A stretch of 64,000 nt of DNA from an uncultured virus (IMG/VR IMGVR_UViG_3300032214_001084). Its lineage: Duplodnaviria > Heunggongvirae > Uroviricota > Caudoviricetes. The notes beneath the pieces are model-generated. The model had not been told where the DNA came from. It saw only the letters and a program-made list of their open reading frames with translations, and did no database searches. Each line of letters begins with the position of its first letter. The stretch's first letter is position 1. The DNA lies in the IMG/VR virus record IMGVR_UViG_3300032214_001084, one strand, 5' to 3'. Positions 45,582 to 54,607 of this stretch are shown piece by piece. Both the position numbers and the translations under genes were made by a program.

Positions 45582-48339
45582 GTTTTTGGAAAGCTGTATC
45601 CCAGCGGTTGCTGCTTGTGTCCTGAGCAAACTCCACCGGGCTGGGGAGGCGATCAGGCCCTTTCGCTGCACGGTCGGATTGTAGGTCATATGCTTTAATC
45701 CGCAGCCCTTTAATGCCGGCAACACCATCGTTCAACACTATCTTTACATTTGGAAGCTTCAAGATGTTCACCATGGCTTCCTTAGTGCGTTCAACAAAAC
45801 GATGTTTTGCTGCAGGTTTGTAGCCACAAGATTTGCAGAAGTTAGCATAACTAGGATACAACGCACCATAAGCATTGGCTACATACATACCTTTCTCAGC
45901 TTCGTCGGTGTTTGGCTTGCGTGCACCTTGACCCACGGGGCTTACGGTGTTCGGAGCGTATAGACAGCAGTCGTGCAACCAAGCTACGAACTGATTGTTG
46001 AACAGCAGTGCTTCGATGTTGGTGCGGTTGAGCGATGGTACGTGCTTAGTCGGGTTAGCCAGAACGTCTTTCATCGTGGCGTAGTCCATCGACAAAGCCC
46101 AAGTCACAATTCCGCTCATTTCGGGAACAAAAGCACCCTCGATGTGATCATCGAATACGCTGATCAACTCCTTACGTAGGCTTGGGTCTACAACCTTATC
46201 CATAACGATTGTTAGACGCCGACGCTCAAGACCACTACTTGAGTCGTTAGAGGTGATGTGTTCGTTACTAGCAATACACACCAAGCATTCAGGCTTGAAA
46301 CTGATGATCTCTTTGCCGTACTTGCGCTCAGCTCGCAACGTATCGGAAGCAGACGTCAGCTTTTTAAGCACGTCCATGCGACGGTTGTAGTTTGATTCAT
46401 CCGTCAGCAGTAAAAGTTTTTTGCCAATCAGGTTGTAGCTCTCAAACTTGTTTGTTTCGATGACTTCCAAGCTCGACGTATGAGTGCCGTGGAAGCCAGC
46501 GAGAGCCACCATGAGCTGCTGCATGGTTGACTTACCTGTACCACCAGGGCCAACTAGGTGGAGGAACCTCTCGCCTGCGGTGTAGCCGGTTAGCAGCGCC
46601 CGAGCGAAAGCCTGAATCAAAAGTTCTTGACCTTTATCTAATGCCGAGGTAATCCAACGCATGAACTCTGGGCACTGAGCTTTAGCGTTGTAGTCGTAGG
46701 GAAGCTTGTGACGAAGATAAAGTTCTTTGTGTTGACCTTCTTCAAACTCAAGCGTCGTTGTGTCAAGCACACCGTTTCTGAACGGGATGTAGCCGCGTGA
46801 TTTACTCCATATGCTGCGACGACCTCCGTCTGCAGACTTCAGGAGCTTGGCTTTCAGGATTGAAAACACGCTGTTGATCATTGCCGCGTTGTACTTGGCA
46901 AGAACTCCAGCTGTCACAAACGAGTCAAGCGCTTTAACAATACGGCGTTTGATGTGCTGCTCGTCTTGGTGGTACCAGATATCTTGATCATCATCGTAGT
47001 GATAAAACTGATCTAAGTAGCTGTCGTATATAAATTGATCACCCTGATTAGTGACGATAATGTCGGCTACATCGTTCTCCGAGAACTCACGATTTCTTGT
47101 GCCGCTTTGAAGGCTGACGAGCTGACTTGGGGTAGAAGGAACGTTCATGTCCTGCTCTTTAGTTTTAACTTTTAATTTGGGTTTTGATGTTGATGTCTCC
47201 GGCTCTGCAGAGCTGAGATCGAATTCAGACATATCGAGAACAGCGTTGACTGCTGCCTCGCGTTTGGCCTGTTCGAGGGCCGCCTTGACCTCGTTAGAGG
47301 CGTGGGTGTCAAAGACGGACCGACTGATTCGGCGAATCTTTTTCCAGGTGCCTAATTCACCTAACTCAGAAGCCAGCGAGACTGCGGGCTGCAGCTCCTC
47401 AGGATTCCTGATGGAATTCAGGATGCGTTCAAACTTGCCATCGATGTCGTGCGGGTAACCATAGATGTTATAGAACGCATCCTGTGCAACTGTCAAGGGT
47501 GAGACGCATAGGGCTATCTCATGTGTCGCGCACCAGTTGGCCCATCCCAACAACTCTTTAAAAACTGCAGCCATCGTTGAGCTGCGGTCACCCACTTCCT
47601 CACCGTCGAGAACCGAACGAACTGTGTTGGAAACGAGGCGAACTAAGTCCATTCCGTTCTGTCGGATGGTTACTTGGTTCAAGTACTCAATCGGCTCTCC
47701 TCCCAGATCAGTCTCGTCAGCAGGCAGCGCAGCAAAAACCTGGATCGCTTCGTTGATTTTTTCAGTTGGGATGAAGCGTCCTGGCGCCGCAAAGATCGCT
47801 TCAGGATTTTTGGGTCCATAGAACAAGTTTGGAATCGTTGTCGCCCTGACATCGGACCCCGGAATTTGTGCGTAGATCTGTTTACAGAACCACTGGTAAA
47901 AACCAGGATTGATGACCGTAGTTTCGAGCCCGAAGACCAGGCGAAAGCGTGGCCACCCTTCAGCGGTAGAAGGACTGTAGTAGCCCAGAGTTAAATACTT
48001 CTTACATATGTCGAGTTCTAGGGCTTCTTTTACTGTGAGTTCTTGTTTTTGTACCTTGTTTCCGTTTTCGTCTTTGTGATCAGCTTGGTTGTCGATATCG
48101 ACAATAATCAGACCGGCTTTAATAACTCCAGTTTGATTTTTTTGTCGTTTGCCGTCTTGCAGGTGCCACGCACAAAGACCGGCTTGCTTAGCCAGGATTT
48201 CTGCGAGCTCATTTGTTTCAAGCTCGCACGAGTCCCACCCTGAGTTAAAGGCCGTGAAGTTCCCATTCGTTGCGATCTTGCCCAGCTCAGGGTCGAGGTG
48301 CGGGACGACCCCGAGGTTTACAGAGCAAATGAACTTCAT
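45562..48339 (-). CDS. primase-helicase (N-terminal primase-like domain + D5/P4-type SF3 helicase)
   Basis: VDIDN and YSPS...PRFRLVF; IPFRNGVLD; Walker A GPGGTGKST; LLTDE; ASN; RRR. Confidence 0.85.
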   Translation of the reverse strand: MKFICSVNLGVVPHLDPELGKIATNGNFTAFNSGWDSCELETNELAEILAKQAGLCAWHLQDGKRQKNQTGVIKAGLIIVDIDNQADHKDENGNKVQKQELTVKEALELDICKKYLTLGYYSPSTAEGWPRFRLVFGLETTVINPGFYQWFCKQIYAQIPGSDVRATTIPNLFYGPKNPEAIFAAPGRFIPTEKINEAIQVFAALPADETDLGGEPIEYLNQVTIRQNGMDLVRLVSNTVRSVLDGEEVGDRSSTMAAVFKELLGWANWCATHEIALCVSPLTVAQDAFYNIYGYPHDIDGKFERILNSIRNPEELQPAVSLASELGELGTWKKIRRISRSVFDTHASNEVKAALEQAKREAAVNAVLDMSEFDLSSAEPETSTSKPKLKVKTKEQDMNVPSTPSQLVSLQSGTRNREFSENDVADIIVTNQGDQFIYDSYLDQFYHYDDDQDIWYHQDEQHIKRRIVKALDSFVTAGVLAKYNAAMINSVFSILKAKLLKSADGGRRSIWSKSRGYIPFRNGVLDTTTLEFEEGQHKELYLRHKLPYDYNAKAQCPEFMRWITSALDKGQELLIQAFARALLTGYTAGERFLHLVGPGGTGKSTMQQLMVALAGFHGTHTSSLEVIETNKFESYNLIGKKLLLLTDESNYNRRMDVLKKLTSASDTLRAERKYGKEIISFKPECLVCIASNEHITSNDSSSGLERRRLTIVMDKVVDPSLRKELISVFDDHIEGAFVPEMSGIVTWALSMDYATMKDVLANPTKHVPSLNRTNIEALLFNNQFVAWLHDCCLYAPNTVSPVGQGARKPNTDEAEKGMYVANAYGALYPSYANFCKSCGYKPAAKHRFVERTKEAMVNILKLPNVKIVLNDGVAGIKGLRIKAYDLQSDRAAKGPDRLPSPVEFAQDTSSNRWDTAFQKHDPVKL

Positions 48340-48441
48340 GGGATGTCGCTGAGCGCCTCTAGTATGGCCTGTTTTGGGGCGAGCGAACCTTAAGACAGGT
48401 TGAAGAAGCCTGTCGTGGAGCGCTGTCGAGTGGGTTTGATT

Positions 48442-49221
48442 CTACGCCTGATGGTGAAGTTCGTAGTAGTTTTTTAAAACTTGAAGCCAACTCTCACAAT
48501 CCTTTTCAACTTCTTCAGAACCAAAAGTAAATATCTGAGTATTAAATTCTTTAATGGCGGTTGTGACGATAATCTGCGTCTTAACTATTTTAATGCCGAG
48601 GCAAGCTTCTGCCGCTAGTTTGTAAGCCGCCAGCTGAAGCCGTGTTTTTTTTGTCTTGAATACTCCTGATATAAGAGCCTTCTTTGTTTTTTCGTCGATA
48701 TTTTGATTTTTGTTGGGGAACCTAGCCGAGTATGGGCCGTTGCTGGTTTTAAAGTCAGCTAGCACGATCTCAGCATTCGAGTTCATGTAGATAAGGTCAC
48801 AACAACCAGCGTAACCGTGTCCTGTAGATTCATCGTAGTAATGTATGCGACCAACTCCGTCATCTCCAACGTACTTAGACCAGCGTGGTTGATTGAAGGG
48901 CTTTTCGCTCCAAAGAACACGACCACCTTCTAAGAGTTCGTCGAGTAGCTCAGGAACTCCTTCCCAGTATGGTTTATATTGTTCTGATGGGATTACCCTA
49001 AGGCCACGAAGATAATCTTCTACGCTGTTGTGAATCCACGTACCTCTAGTCGCCGCAGCATCAGCAGCTCCTGGATTCATAAGATTCCAGTGAGCTAGTT
49101 TCTTTCGCGTTGTCTCGGTTTGAGTGGCGCTAAGAACAGATGTTACGGACGGAAGCGGTTTTGGAACACCATCACAGAGATAATGCCTTAATCCGTTAAT
49201 CGTTACTCTTGTATCGGACAC
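48442..49221 (-). CDS. PD-(D/E)XK exonuclease (RecB/Cas4-like)
   Basis: PSVTSVL, RGT.IH, YAG..D, ADFKTS, LQLAAY. Confidence 0.85.
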   Translation of the reverse strand: MSDTRVTINGLRHYLCDGVPKPLPSVTSVLSATQTETTRKKLAHWNLMNPGAADAAATRGTWIHNSVEDYLRGLRVIPSEQYKPYWEGVPELLDELLEGGRVLWSEKPFNQPRWSKYVGDDGVGRIHYYDESTGHGYAGCCDLIYMNSNAEIVLADFKTSNGPYSARFPNKNQNIDEKTKKALISGVFKTKKTRLQLAAYKLAAEACLGIKIVKTQIIVTTAIKEFNTQIFTFGSEEVEKDCESWLQVLKNYYELHHQA

Positions 49222-49247
49222 AGTTAACGTGTCAATTCCTAAATATA

Positions 49248-49568
49248 TTAGAACGAACTTGACATAACGGGACCATCATCTTCATCATCTTCGTCCTCAT
49301 CCTCATCGTCTAAAAAGAATTCAGACTTTTGATACTGATATTCACGGTTTCGTTGGTCGAGCTCGCCCATTAAACAGAGAGCAGCTGAGAAACCTTCGAT
49401 GGTGATCTCGGCGCAGTCCTCTGGGGAGCGAGCGTTGCCCTGGTAGTCAACGCATTCAGTGAGCAGCTGTTGACCTACGAGCAATGCAGTAATCTTATCG
49501 AGCTGACGGTTCTGTTCTTTCTGTAGCTCTATTAACTGATCTAACCGTCGAAATAGACGCTTGCTCAT
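49248..49568 (-). CDS. hypothetical protein with acidic tail
   Basis: ATG coupled to the upstream stop. Confidence 0.55.
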   Translation of the reverse strand: MSKRLFRRLDQLIELQKEQNRQLDKITALLVGQQLLTECVDYQGNARSPEDCAEITIEGFSAALCLMGELDQRNREYQYQKSEFFLDDEDEDEDDEDDGPVMSSSF

Positions 49569-50101
49569 AGCTTGAGATCCTGTGGGCGGTGCCAATTTAC
49601 TTCGAAATCAATAGTTGTATTGACTTGAGCTGCTCCTGGTTTTTGAAAGATAAACCACGCAGAGGTCACAGGATCCTTTGAATTAGTACCATCTGCACGA
49701 AAGGATGGCCTTGGACTCAGGATCTTAATGTTTGTGAGGGATGCGTCCCGTAAGAAATCTTCGCGTGCCCGTGTGGGCTCAAGGAAGGTAAGCCTATCTA
49801 GTATACACACACCTTTTCTAGCTGCTTGTAGTCCACACTCAGTTACCCACTTTGTGTAGTCTTTCATGCCTTGTGTAATTGCTACAACCCAATCGATATT
49901 CCCTTTCTGCTGTGTCCACCAGTCCAAGTCAACTAAGTTTTCTTCGCAACCGTTGCTGATCACATCGGCGACTTGGGCTTTGCGGACTTGTTTTTCTAGA
50001 GCTCCTTCAGGGTCGAAAGGTAGAAGAACCACTCCTTCCACCAAGCCGGCGTTCCGAATAGGATCAAAGATGTATCGAGGTACACGATAGAAATTTGTCA
50101 T
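49565..50101 (-). CDS. DNA methyltransferase-fold homologue lacking the NPP[FY] motif
   Basis: L.RLTFLEPT..R..FL, PR.SF..DG...D.VTSAWFIF; DWVVAITQG where DWVxxNPPF is expected. Confidence 0.55.
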   Translation of the reverse strand: MTNFYRVPRYIFDPIRNAGLVEGVVLLPFDPEGALEKQVRKAQVADVISNGCEENLVDLDWWTQQKGNIDWVVAITQGMKDYTKWVTECGLQAARKGVCILDRLTFLEPTRAREDFLRDASLTNIKILSPRPSFRADGTNSKDPVTSAWFIFQKPGAAQVNTTIDFEVNWHRPQDLKL

Positions 50102-50333
50102 GGCTGAGGAGCTAGTTGACAAGCTGCGGTCTCATCTAACGCTTGAGCAGCAGTTCACACACCGTGCTTTCTTAGATGGCATGGACAAGCTTAGCCGCAA
50201 AGAAGCTCGCGAAGTACTTGAGGTCGTGTACGCCAACTACTTAATACGAGCGAAGCTGCTAGAGAACATTATCAAGTACTGTGTTGCTTATGGTGTGCAC
50301 CTACCTTCTTTCGGTGATCTCCTAGAGCTGTAG
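50100..50333 (+). CDS. nblA: phycobilisome degradation protein NblA
   Basis: LTLEQQF..RAF...MDKLS..EAREVL..VY...LIR..LL..IIK matches the NblA consensus L[ST]LEQQF..R.F...V..MS..QA..FL..LY...... Confidence 0.75.
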   Translation: MAEELVDKLRSHLTLEQQFTHRAFLDGMDKLSRKEAREVLEVVYANYLIRAKLLENIIKYCVAYGVHLPSFGDLLEL

Positions 50334-50337
50334 GCAC

Positions 50338-50366
50338 AAAAAAGAGGCGCTTTGAGGGCGCCTCTT
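50338..50366 (-). terminator. Rho-independent terminator between convergent genes
   Basis: AAGAGGCGC/GCGCCTCTT stem followed by a T run on the minus strand. Confidence 0.75.
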
Positions 50367-50394
50367 AGTGTGAACAATCCAGGTAGAGCTTACC

Positions 50395-51219
50395 TCAGAA
50401 ATCGAGTCCCGCAGCCTTGAGGGCTGCTTTTTGATCCTCCGTAAGCTCCTTCTTGCTTGTAGTTTTCTTAGGCTCAGGAGGAGCTTCAACCTTAGATCCA
50501 GGAGCGCCTGCACCTGCGGGGAGAGCCGCAAGGCCAGCTGGGGCAGAACCCTCTAGGCGTTTCGGGTTAGCTTCGATGAAAGCTTCTTTAATCGCCCCGT
50601 GGTCCTCTCCAAGAGGTAACTCAACCAGATGAGCACCGGAGATAGTACTACGTAGAGCAGACGCCACCAGATCTCCTGAACCACCATCAAGCCAGTTGCT
50701 GATGTCTTCGATGAGCTTTTGCTCTTCATCCGTTTGAGCAGGGCGATCCCGAAACTCTAAGACGTTGTAATTAATTTTCGCGCCATCTGCGCCAGTCATC
50801 GGGTCTCGTTCGTTAAAAGATTTTTGAACGAACTTGGTTTCCGTAATGACTTCACCTACGTTAATACGGTTATTATAGAGTGTTTGGAAGTACGAGATGA
50901 AGTTCCTTTGAGACGACTTACCACTAATGATACTAGTGCATACACAGCGAGGCGGAAGCAGACGATGGTTAGGTGAAACACCAATGTAAGCAATACGAAT
51001 AAACTCCTCATGCGTTCGCATACCGAGGTTGCCGAAATACGGCGTGAAGCCGAGAAGGACGAACGAAATCGGTATCCCATTGCCGTTACTGTCGACGATT
51101 GCCGCTTCGTTGTCAGTATCGGACTTCCAATAGCGGCTTTGAAGATCGATTCGAAGTGTGTGCGGCGGGATTTGACAGAGAATCTCTTCGGCAGAGAACT
51201 TACCAGCGATAAAAACCAT
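50395..51219 (-). CDS. hypothetical replication/recombination protein
   Basis: Adjacent to the SSB gene, high-expression codons, ends LDF like the SSB. Confidence 0.55.
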   Translation of the reverse strand: MVFIAGKFSAEEILCQIPPHTLRIDLQSRYWKSDTDNEAAIVDSNGNGIPISFVLLGFTPYFGNLGMRTHEEFIRIAYIGVSPNHRLLPPRCVCTSIISGKSSQRNFISYFQTLYNNRINVGEVITETKFVQKSFNERDPMTGADGAKINYNVLEFRDRPAQTDEEQKLIEDISNWLDGGSGDLVASALRSTISGAHLVELPLGEDHGAIKEAFIEANPKRLEGSAPAGLAALPAGAGAPGSKVEAPPEPKKTTSKKELTEDQKAALKAAGLDF

Positions 51220-51228
51220 GACCTTAAA

Positions 51229-51876
51229 TCAGAGAGAGAAATCCAGTGAACCGAGAGCCGCTGCTGAGACACGCCCTTTGTCGGGGTCTGCAGCTTTGTT
51301 GGGCGCGGACTTTGTGCCCTTGGGAAGGTAAAGAACTTTTTCAACGGAGTAGTTCAGGTACTGACGTTCTTCTTTTTCACTCGTGGTGATCCGACCAACA
51401 GCAATCGTCGGTGTTCCGTTAGGAAGTTCAGAAAGCTGTTTCGAGAACTTGTCCCACGCCGTGATCTTTGTCCAGGAAGTTTCTGAGCTGTCAGGATCTT
51501 GCCAAGCCAATGACCTGTTGGTCACGGTTGAGCCGCCTACCTCGCTCTCCTCTTGCTTGGGTCCTAAGCCACCGCAAGCCATGTAGGTGTTGATGGCAAG
51601 CAGGTCGTCGAAGTTATCGTTGGTTACAACCAGCATCGGCTGCATTTGAAGCACACCATCAGGGGTGGCTTTTGCCGGACCTACGGCGAGGATCGTTTGA
51701 CTCTCCTTAAGTCCTTTCAAAAGCTTGCCAACGTAGTGATCAGACTTCTGTGTGAGCTGAACCTTTGTTGCGACTCGTTTGTCTGAGGTTGGGAGCGACT
51801 CTGCAATTACGTTGACGAGTCCGTCTTCTTCAAGAGCCTCGTCTTTGACCCGAAGGCCGAGCATCGTGATGAGCAT
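51229..51876 (-). CDS. ssb: single-stranded DNA-binding protein with tandem OB folds
   Basis: TSWTKITAWDK.S.QL..L..G....AVGRI, duplicated pattern; acidic/aromatic C-terminus. Confidence 0.6.
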   Translation of the reverse strand: MLITMLGLRVKDEALEEDGLVNVIAESLPTSDKRVATKVQLTQKSDHYVGKLLKGLKESQTILAVGPAKATPDGVLQMQPMLVVTNDNFDDLLAINTYMACGGLGPKQEESEVGGSTVTNRSLAWQDPDSSETSWTKITAWDKFSKQLSELPNGTPTIAVGRITTSEKEERQYLNYSVEKVLYLPKGTKSAPNKAADPDKGRVSAAALGSLDFSL

Positions 51877-52402
51877 TGTTTAACGTTCGGTAAATCGTTG
51901 AACGGTGTACCTTGAGTGCCTTAGCAATCTCCTTTACAGGGACTCCTTGGCTGGAGAATGCTAGTACCAAATTCGTGTCTGCGTCGCCTAGTTTCGACGC
52001 CTTCATCCTTTTGTAAGAGTTGTGGTAGGGATTGATGCAGAGCCGGTTGCCGCAGGAGGGCTTCACACAACCGTCTTTGTTGATTTCAAGATAATCCAAT
52101 ATCAAGGGGCGTACGTAGTACTTGTAGCCCAGTGCGTAGACCACAGGTGAGCCGTTGCAGAAGCATCCACCCCACTCCTCGCAGCACGCGTGTTCGAAGT
52201 CACTAGACGCTAGCCTTCTGAACAGGATGGCAAGACTGCTTTCTTGTACAACTTTGTAGGACAGAGAGAATGTATCTGCTTGCAGTGCTCGGGTTATGTC
52301 TGCCGCTTGAGCCTGAGCGTGGTTCGAGTCGTTGGCTGTGATGGCTACCTCTAACTTTCTCTCATTCCGTTGAACGACCAGACAGTAATCAGTAGACGTC
52401 AT
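51830..52402 (-). CDS. Zn-loop His-Me-finger-like protein with C-terminal HTH
   Basis: C.EW.G, SCGNRLCINPYH, GVPVKEIAKALKVHRSTIYR. Confidence 0.6.
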   Translation of the reverse strand: MTSTDYCLVVQRNERKLEVAITANDSNHAQAQAADITRALQADTFSLSYKVVQESSLAILFRRLASSDFEHACCEEWGGCFCNGSPVVYALGYKYYVRPLILDYLEINKDGCVKPSCGNRLCINPYHNSYKRMKASKLGDADTNLVLAFSSQGVPVKEIAKALKVHRSTIYRTLNNAHHDARPSGQRRGS

Positions 52403-52558
52403 TCGGCTGGAATTCTGCCGCTTCGATAATACGCCTGCGATCCTCTTCGTTTGCGGCAAAAATGGGGTACAGCCCAAGCCATACCCCAAATCTGCCGGTA
52501 AGAAGTCGTTTAATCAGAGTTAAAGTCAAACTACCTCTGACACAGCTCTGCTAAGAGC

Positions 52559-53386
52559 TTAGCCCAGTAGTGCTCGTGCAGCATCACCAAGACGAGTTCC
52601 TTCAGCAAGTGCACGCTTCGCCGCTTCCTGTGGCGTGATACCTAAAGCCGAAGCAGCTCGGTTGATGCCAGTCAAACCGATCGCACCTAGTGTGCCGCCT
52701 TGTGCTGGAGTATCTGCAAAGCTCCCAATCGTACGAGATTGCTGCGCAGGAGCTTGATACGTTTGACCGGCACCCACATTTAAGCTCTTAGCTGCGAGAT
52801 CTCCGAACTTCAGGTTTTGCTGTTGAGCGAAGGACCGAATGGCCTCGTCAGCTAAGCCTGCTTCGCGAGCGGCTGTCACAGCAGTCATCCCTAGAGCCCC
52901 AGGTGTTACTCCTGCCCCCGATGTGTAGCTAAATAAATCAGTGTTGAGACCTAAGCTCTTAGCTGCCTGTTCACCGAACTTCAAGTTTTCTTTCTTAGCC
53001 ATACTCTTGATTTGCTCTGGAGTATAACCGTATTCTTTTGCACGGCCCACCGCCATAGCACCTATGGCGCCAGGTGTTCCGTTCTCGATAAAGCTGCTCA
53101 AAAGACGATCAGCTTTTGCTTTGGTTGACGTATCAGTTTTTTCAGGAGTCAACTCAAATGTCCCAGTTCTAGCTGGGGTTTTTTCGGCTTTGTAAGTTAG
53201 CGTACTCGGGCTACGACCTTTCAGGAGACTCTGTACGCGGAACCCTGGTACAAATCCCTCAAAACCACCAGTGGATTCTCCACCCTCATCTTCAAACAGC
53301 GAACTGAGATCGAACCCAAAAAGGTTGCCTGCTTTCCGAAGAGCACGACCGAATTTATCGGAATCAGAAGATGGCGTGGCAGTCAT
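52559..53386 (-). CDS. hypothetical protein with three internal repeats
   Basis: GA[IL]G..A...A...G / L[KR][FL]G..AA..L repeated three times. Confidence 0.6.
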   Translation of the reverse strand: MTATPSSDSDKFGRALRKAGNLFGFDLSSLFEDEGGESTGGFEGFVPGFRVQSLLKGRSPSTLTYKAEKTPARTGTFELTPEKTDTSTKAKADRLLSSFIENGTPGAIGAMAVGRAKEYGYTPEQIKSMAKKENLKFGEQAAKSLGLNTDLFSYTSGAGVTPGALGMTAVTAAREAGLADEAIRSFAQQQNLKFGDLAAKSLNVGAGQTYQAPAQQSRTIGSFADTPAQGGTLGAIGLTGINRAASALGITPQEAAKRALAEGTRLGDAARALLG

Positions 53387-53464
53387 TATGAAAACCGAGC
53401 GGGGGCTGGTCGACAGATAATACTGTGTCTACTTTAATCCATATTTATTTGCGTTGATATTTTC

Positions 53465-53716
53465 CTAAGGCTGGTCGAAAGTTTTAAATCCGAAAAACTT
53501 CGGAGCGGAACGAGCACCGTAAGATCCTTCCATAGTTTTAAACCCTGTAAAAGGACTTACGGCTCGTGTGTTCCCATAACCGCGAGAACCGTCTGTAGCC
53601 TTCTGGCTACTTTTGCCTACTTGCCTGAGTTCGGGAAAATAATCAGTCAGCACTGAGCCCTGCTCTTCTTCAGGGGTCATAAGAGGTACCCCGAAGAAGT
53701 CTCCTGCAAATCTCAT
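53465..53716 (-). CDS. small hypothetical protein
   Basis: F.GFKT repeated twice. Confidence 0.5.
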   Translation of the reverse strand: MRFAGDFFGVPLMTPEEEQGSVLTDYFPELRQVGKSSQKATDGSRGYGNTRAVSPFTGFKTMEGSYGARSAPKFFGFKTFDQP

Positions 53717-53731
53717 GGTATTAGTACTGTT

Positions 53732-54607
53732 CTATTTATTCTCTATAAAAAATCTCTTAAGGTCAAATCCAGGCCCGATTGTCCCCTTGAGCACACGCAT
53801 CGTCATCTTCGCCTTTTCGTGGCAAGTGAAGTAAAGTGCTTTATCCTTATTGGAAGTGTAGCTTACTAAATTACGCCTTTCCTTATCTAGACAGTCACTG
53901 ACGTACATAGAGTCTTTTATAATAACCCATACCTCTTGGAAACGCAGGAGGGGCATCGCCTTGGTCTCGTCGAGGGTGTACAATCTCGATCTCAAGGGTA
54001 CCTTTTTTACGGTTTTCTTGACTACACATTTTTTAATTTCTTCTGTGTTTTTTTTGGTTTCTTTACATTGTTGAGCTGAAGGCTGCTCAAGCAGTCTTTT
54101 CAAGTTACGAGCTCTGTTAGCTGCCTCTAGCGCACTTGAGAACACATCGACTGTAAAACATATTCCACTATTCATTCGCACACAACCCACATAGCCTTTT
54201 TCTGTTTTAGCTGTAAATACTTCTTTTTCTTTAACAGCATCGAGATTTAGGATTTCAACTGCTGTTGACGTCTTTTTCTTTGTCTCGGTTACAGCAGAAT
54301 CTTCTTTTTTAATTTGCGCAGCCACGTGGATGGTAAGTCGACCTTGCTCATGTTCAGTTGTCGATTTGTAGCCGTCCCACAGCACTGATGCGTAATGCCT
54401 GCGATCACCGCGTTTGTTTGTCTTAACGAAGACTTCCTTGACGGTACCTAGGCGTGTTCCATTGACGTAGCCAGCGACTTTTTCTTTGATCTTCTGCTCA
54501 GCGAAAGGGCTGACGCAGGTGATGTTCTTGATGTTTTCGGTGACGCGATCGCCGATCTTGAATTTGCTCGGGGATAGAGGACGAATGCGTTTGGTAGAGG
54601 TGCTCAT
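53732..54607 (-). CDS. hypothetical protein with N-terminal SH3/KOW-like segment
   Basis: KFKIGDRV...GTVKEV...V.WDG; coupled to polA. Confidence 0.55.
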   Translation of the reverse strand: MSTSTKRIRPLSPSKFKIGDRVTENIKNITCVSPFAEQKIKEKVAGYVNGTRLGTVKEVFVKTNKRGDRRHYASVLWDGYKSTTEHEQGRLTIHVAAQIKKEDSAVTETKKKTSTAVEILNLDAVKEKEVFTAKTEKGYVGCVRMNSGICFTVDVFSSALEAANRARNLKRLLEQPSAQQCKETKKNTEEIKKCVVKKTVKKVPLRSRLYTLDETKAMPLLRFQEVWVIIKDSMYVSDCLDKERRNLVSYTSNKDKALYFTCHEKAKMTMRVLKGTIGPGFDLKRFFIENK

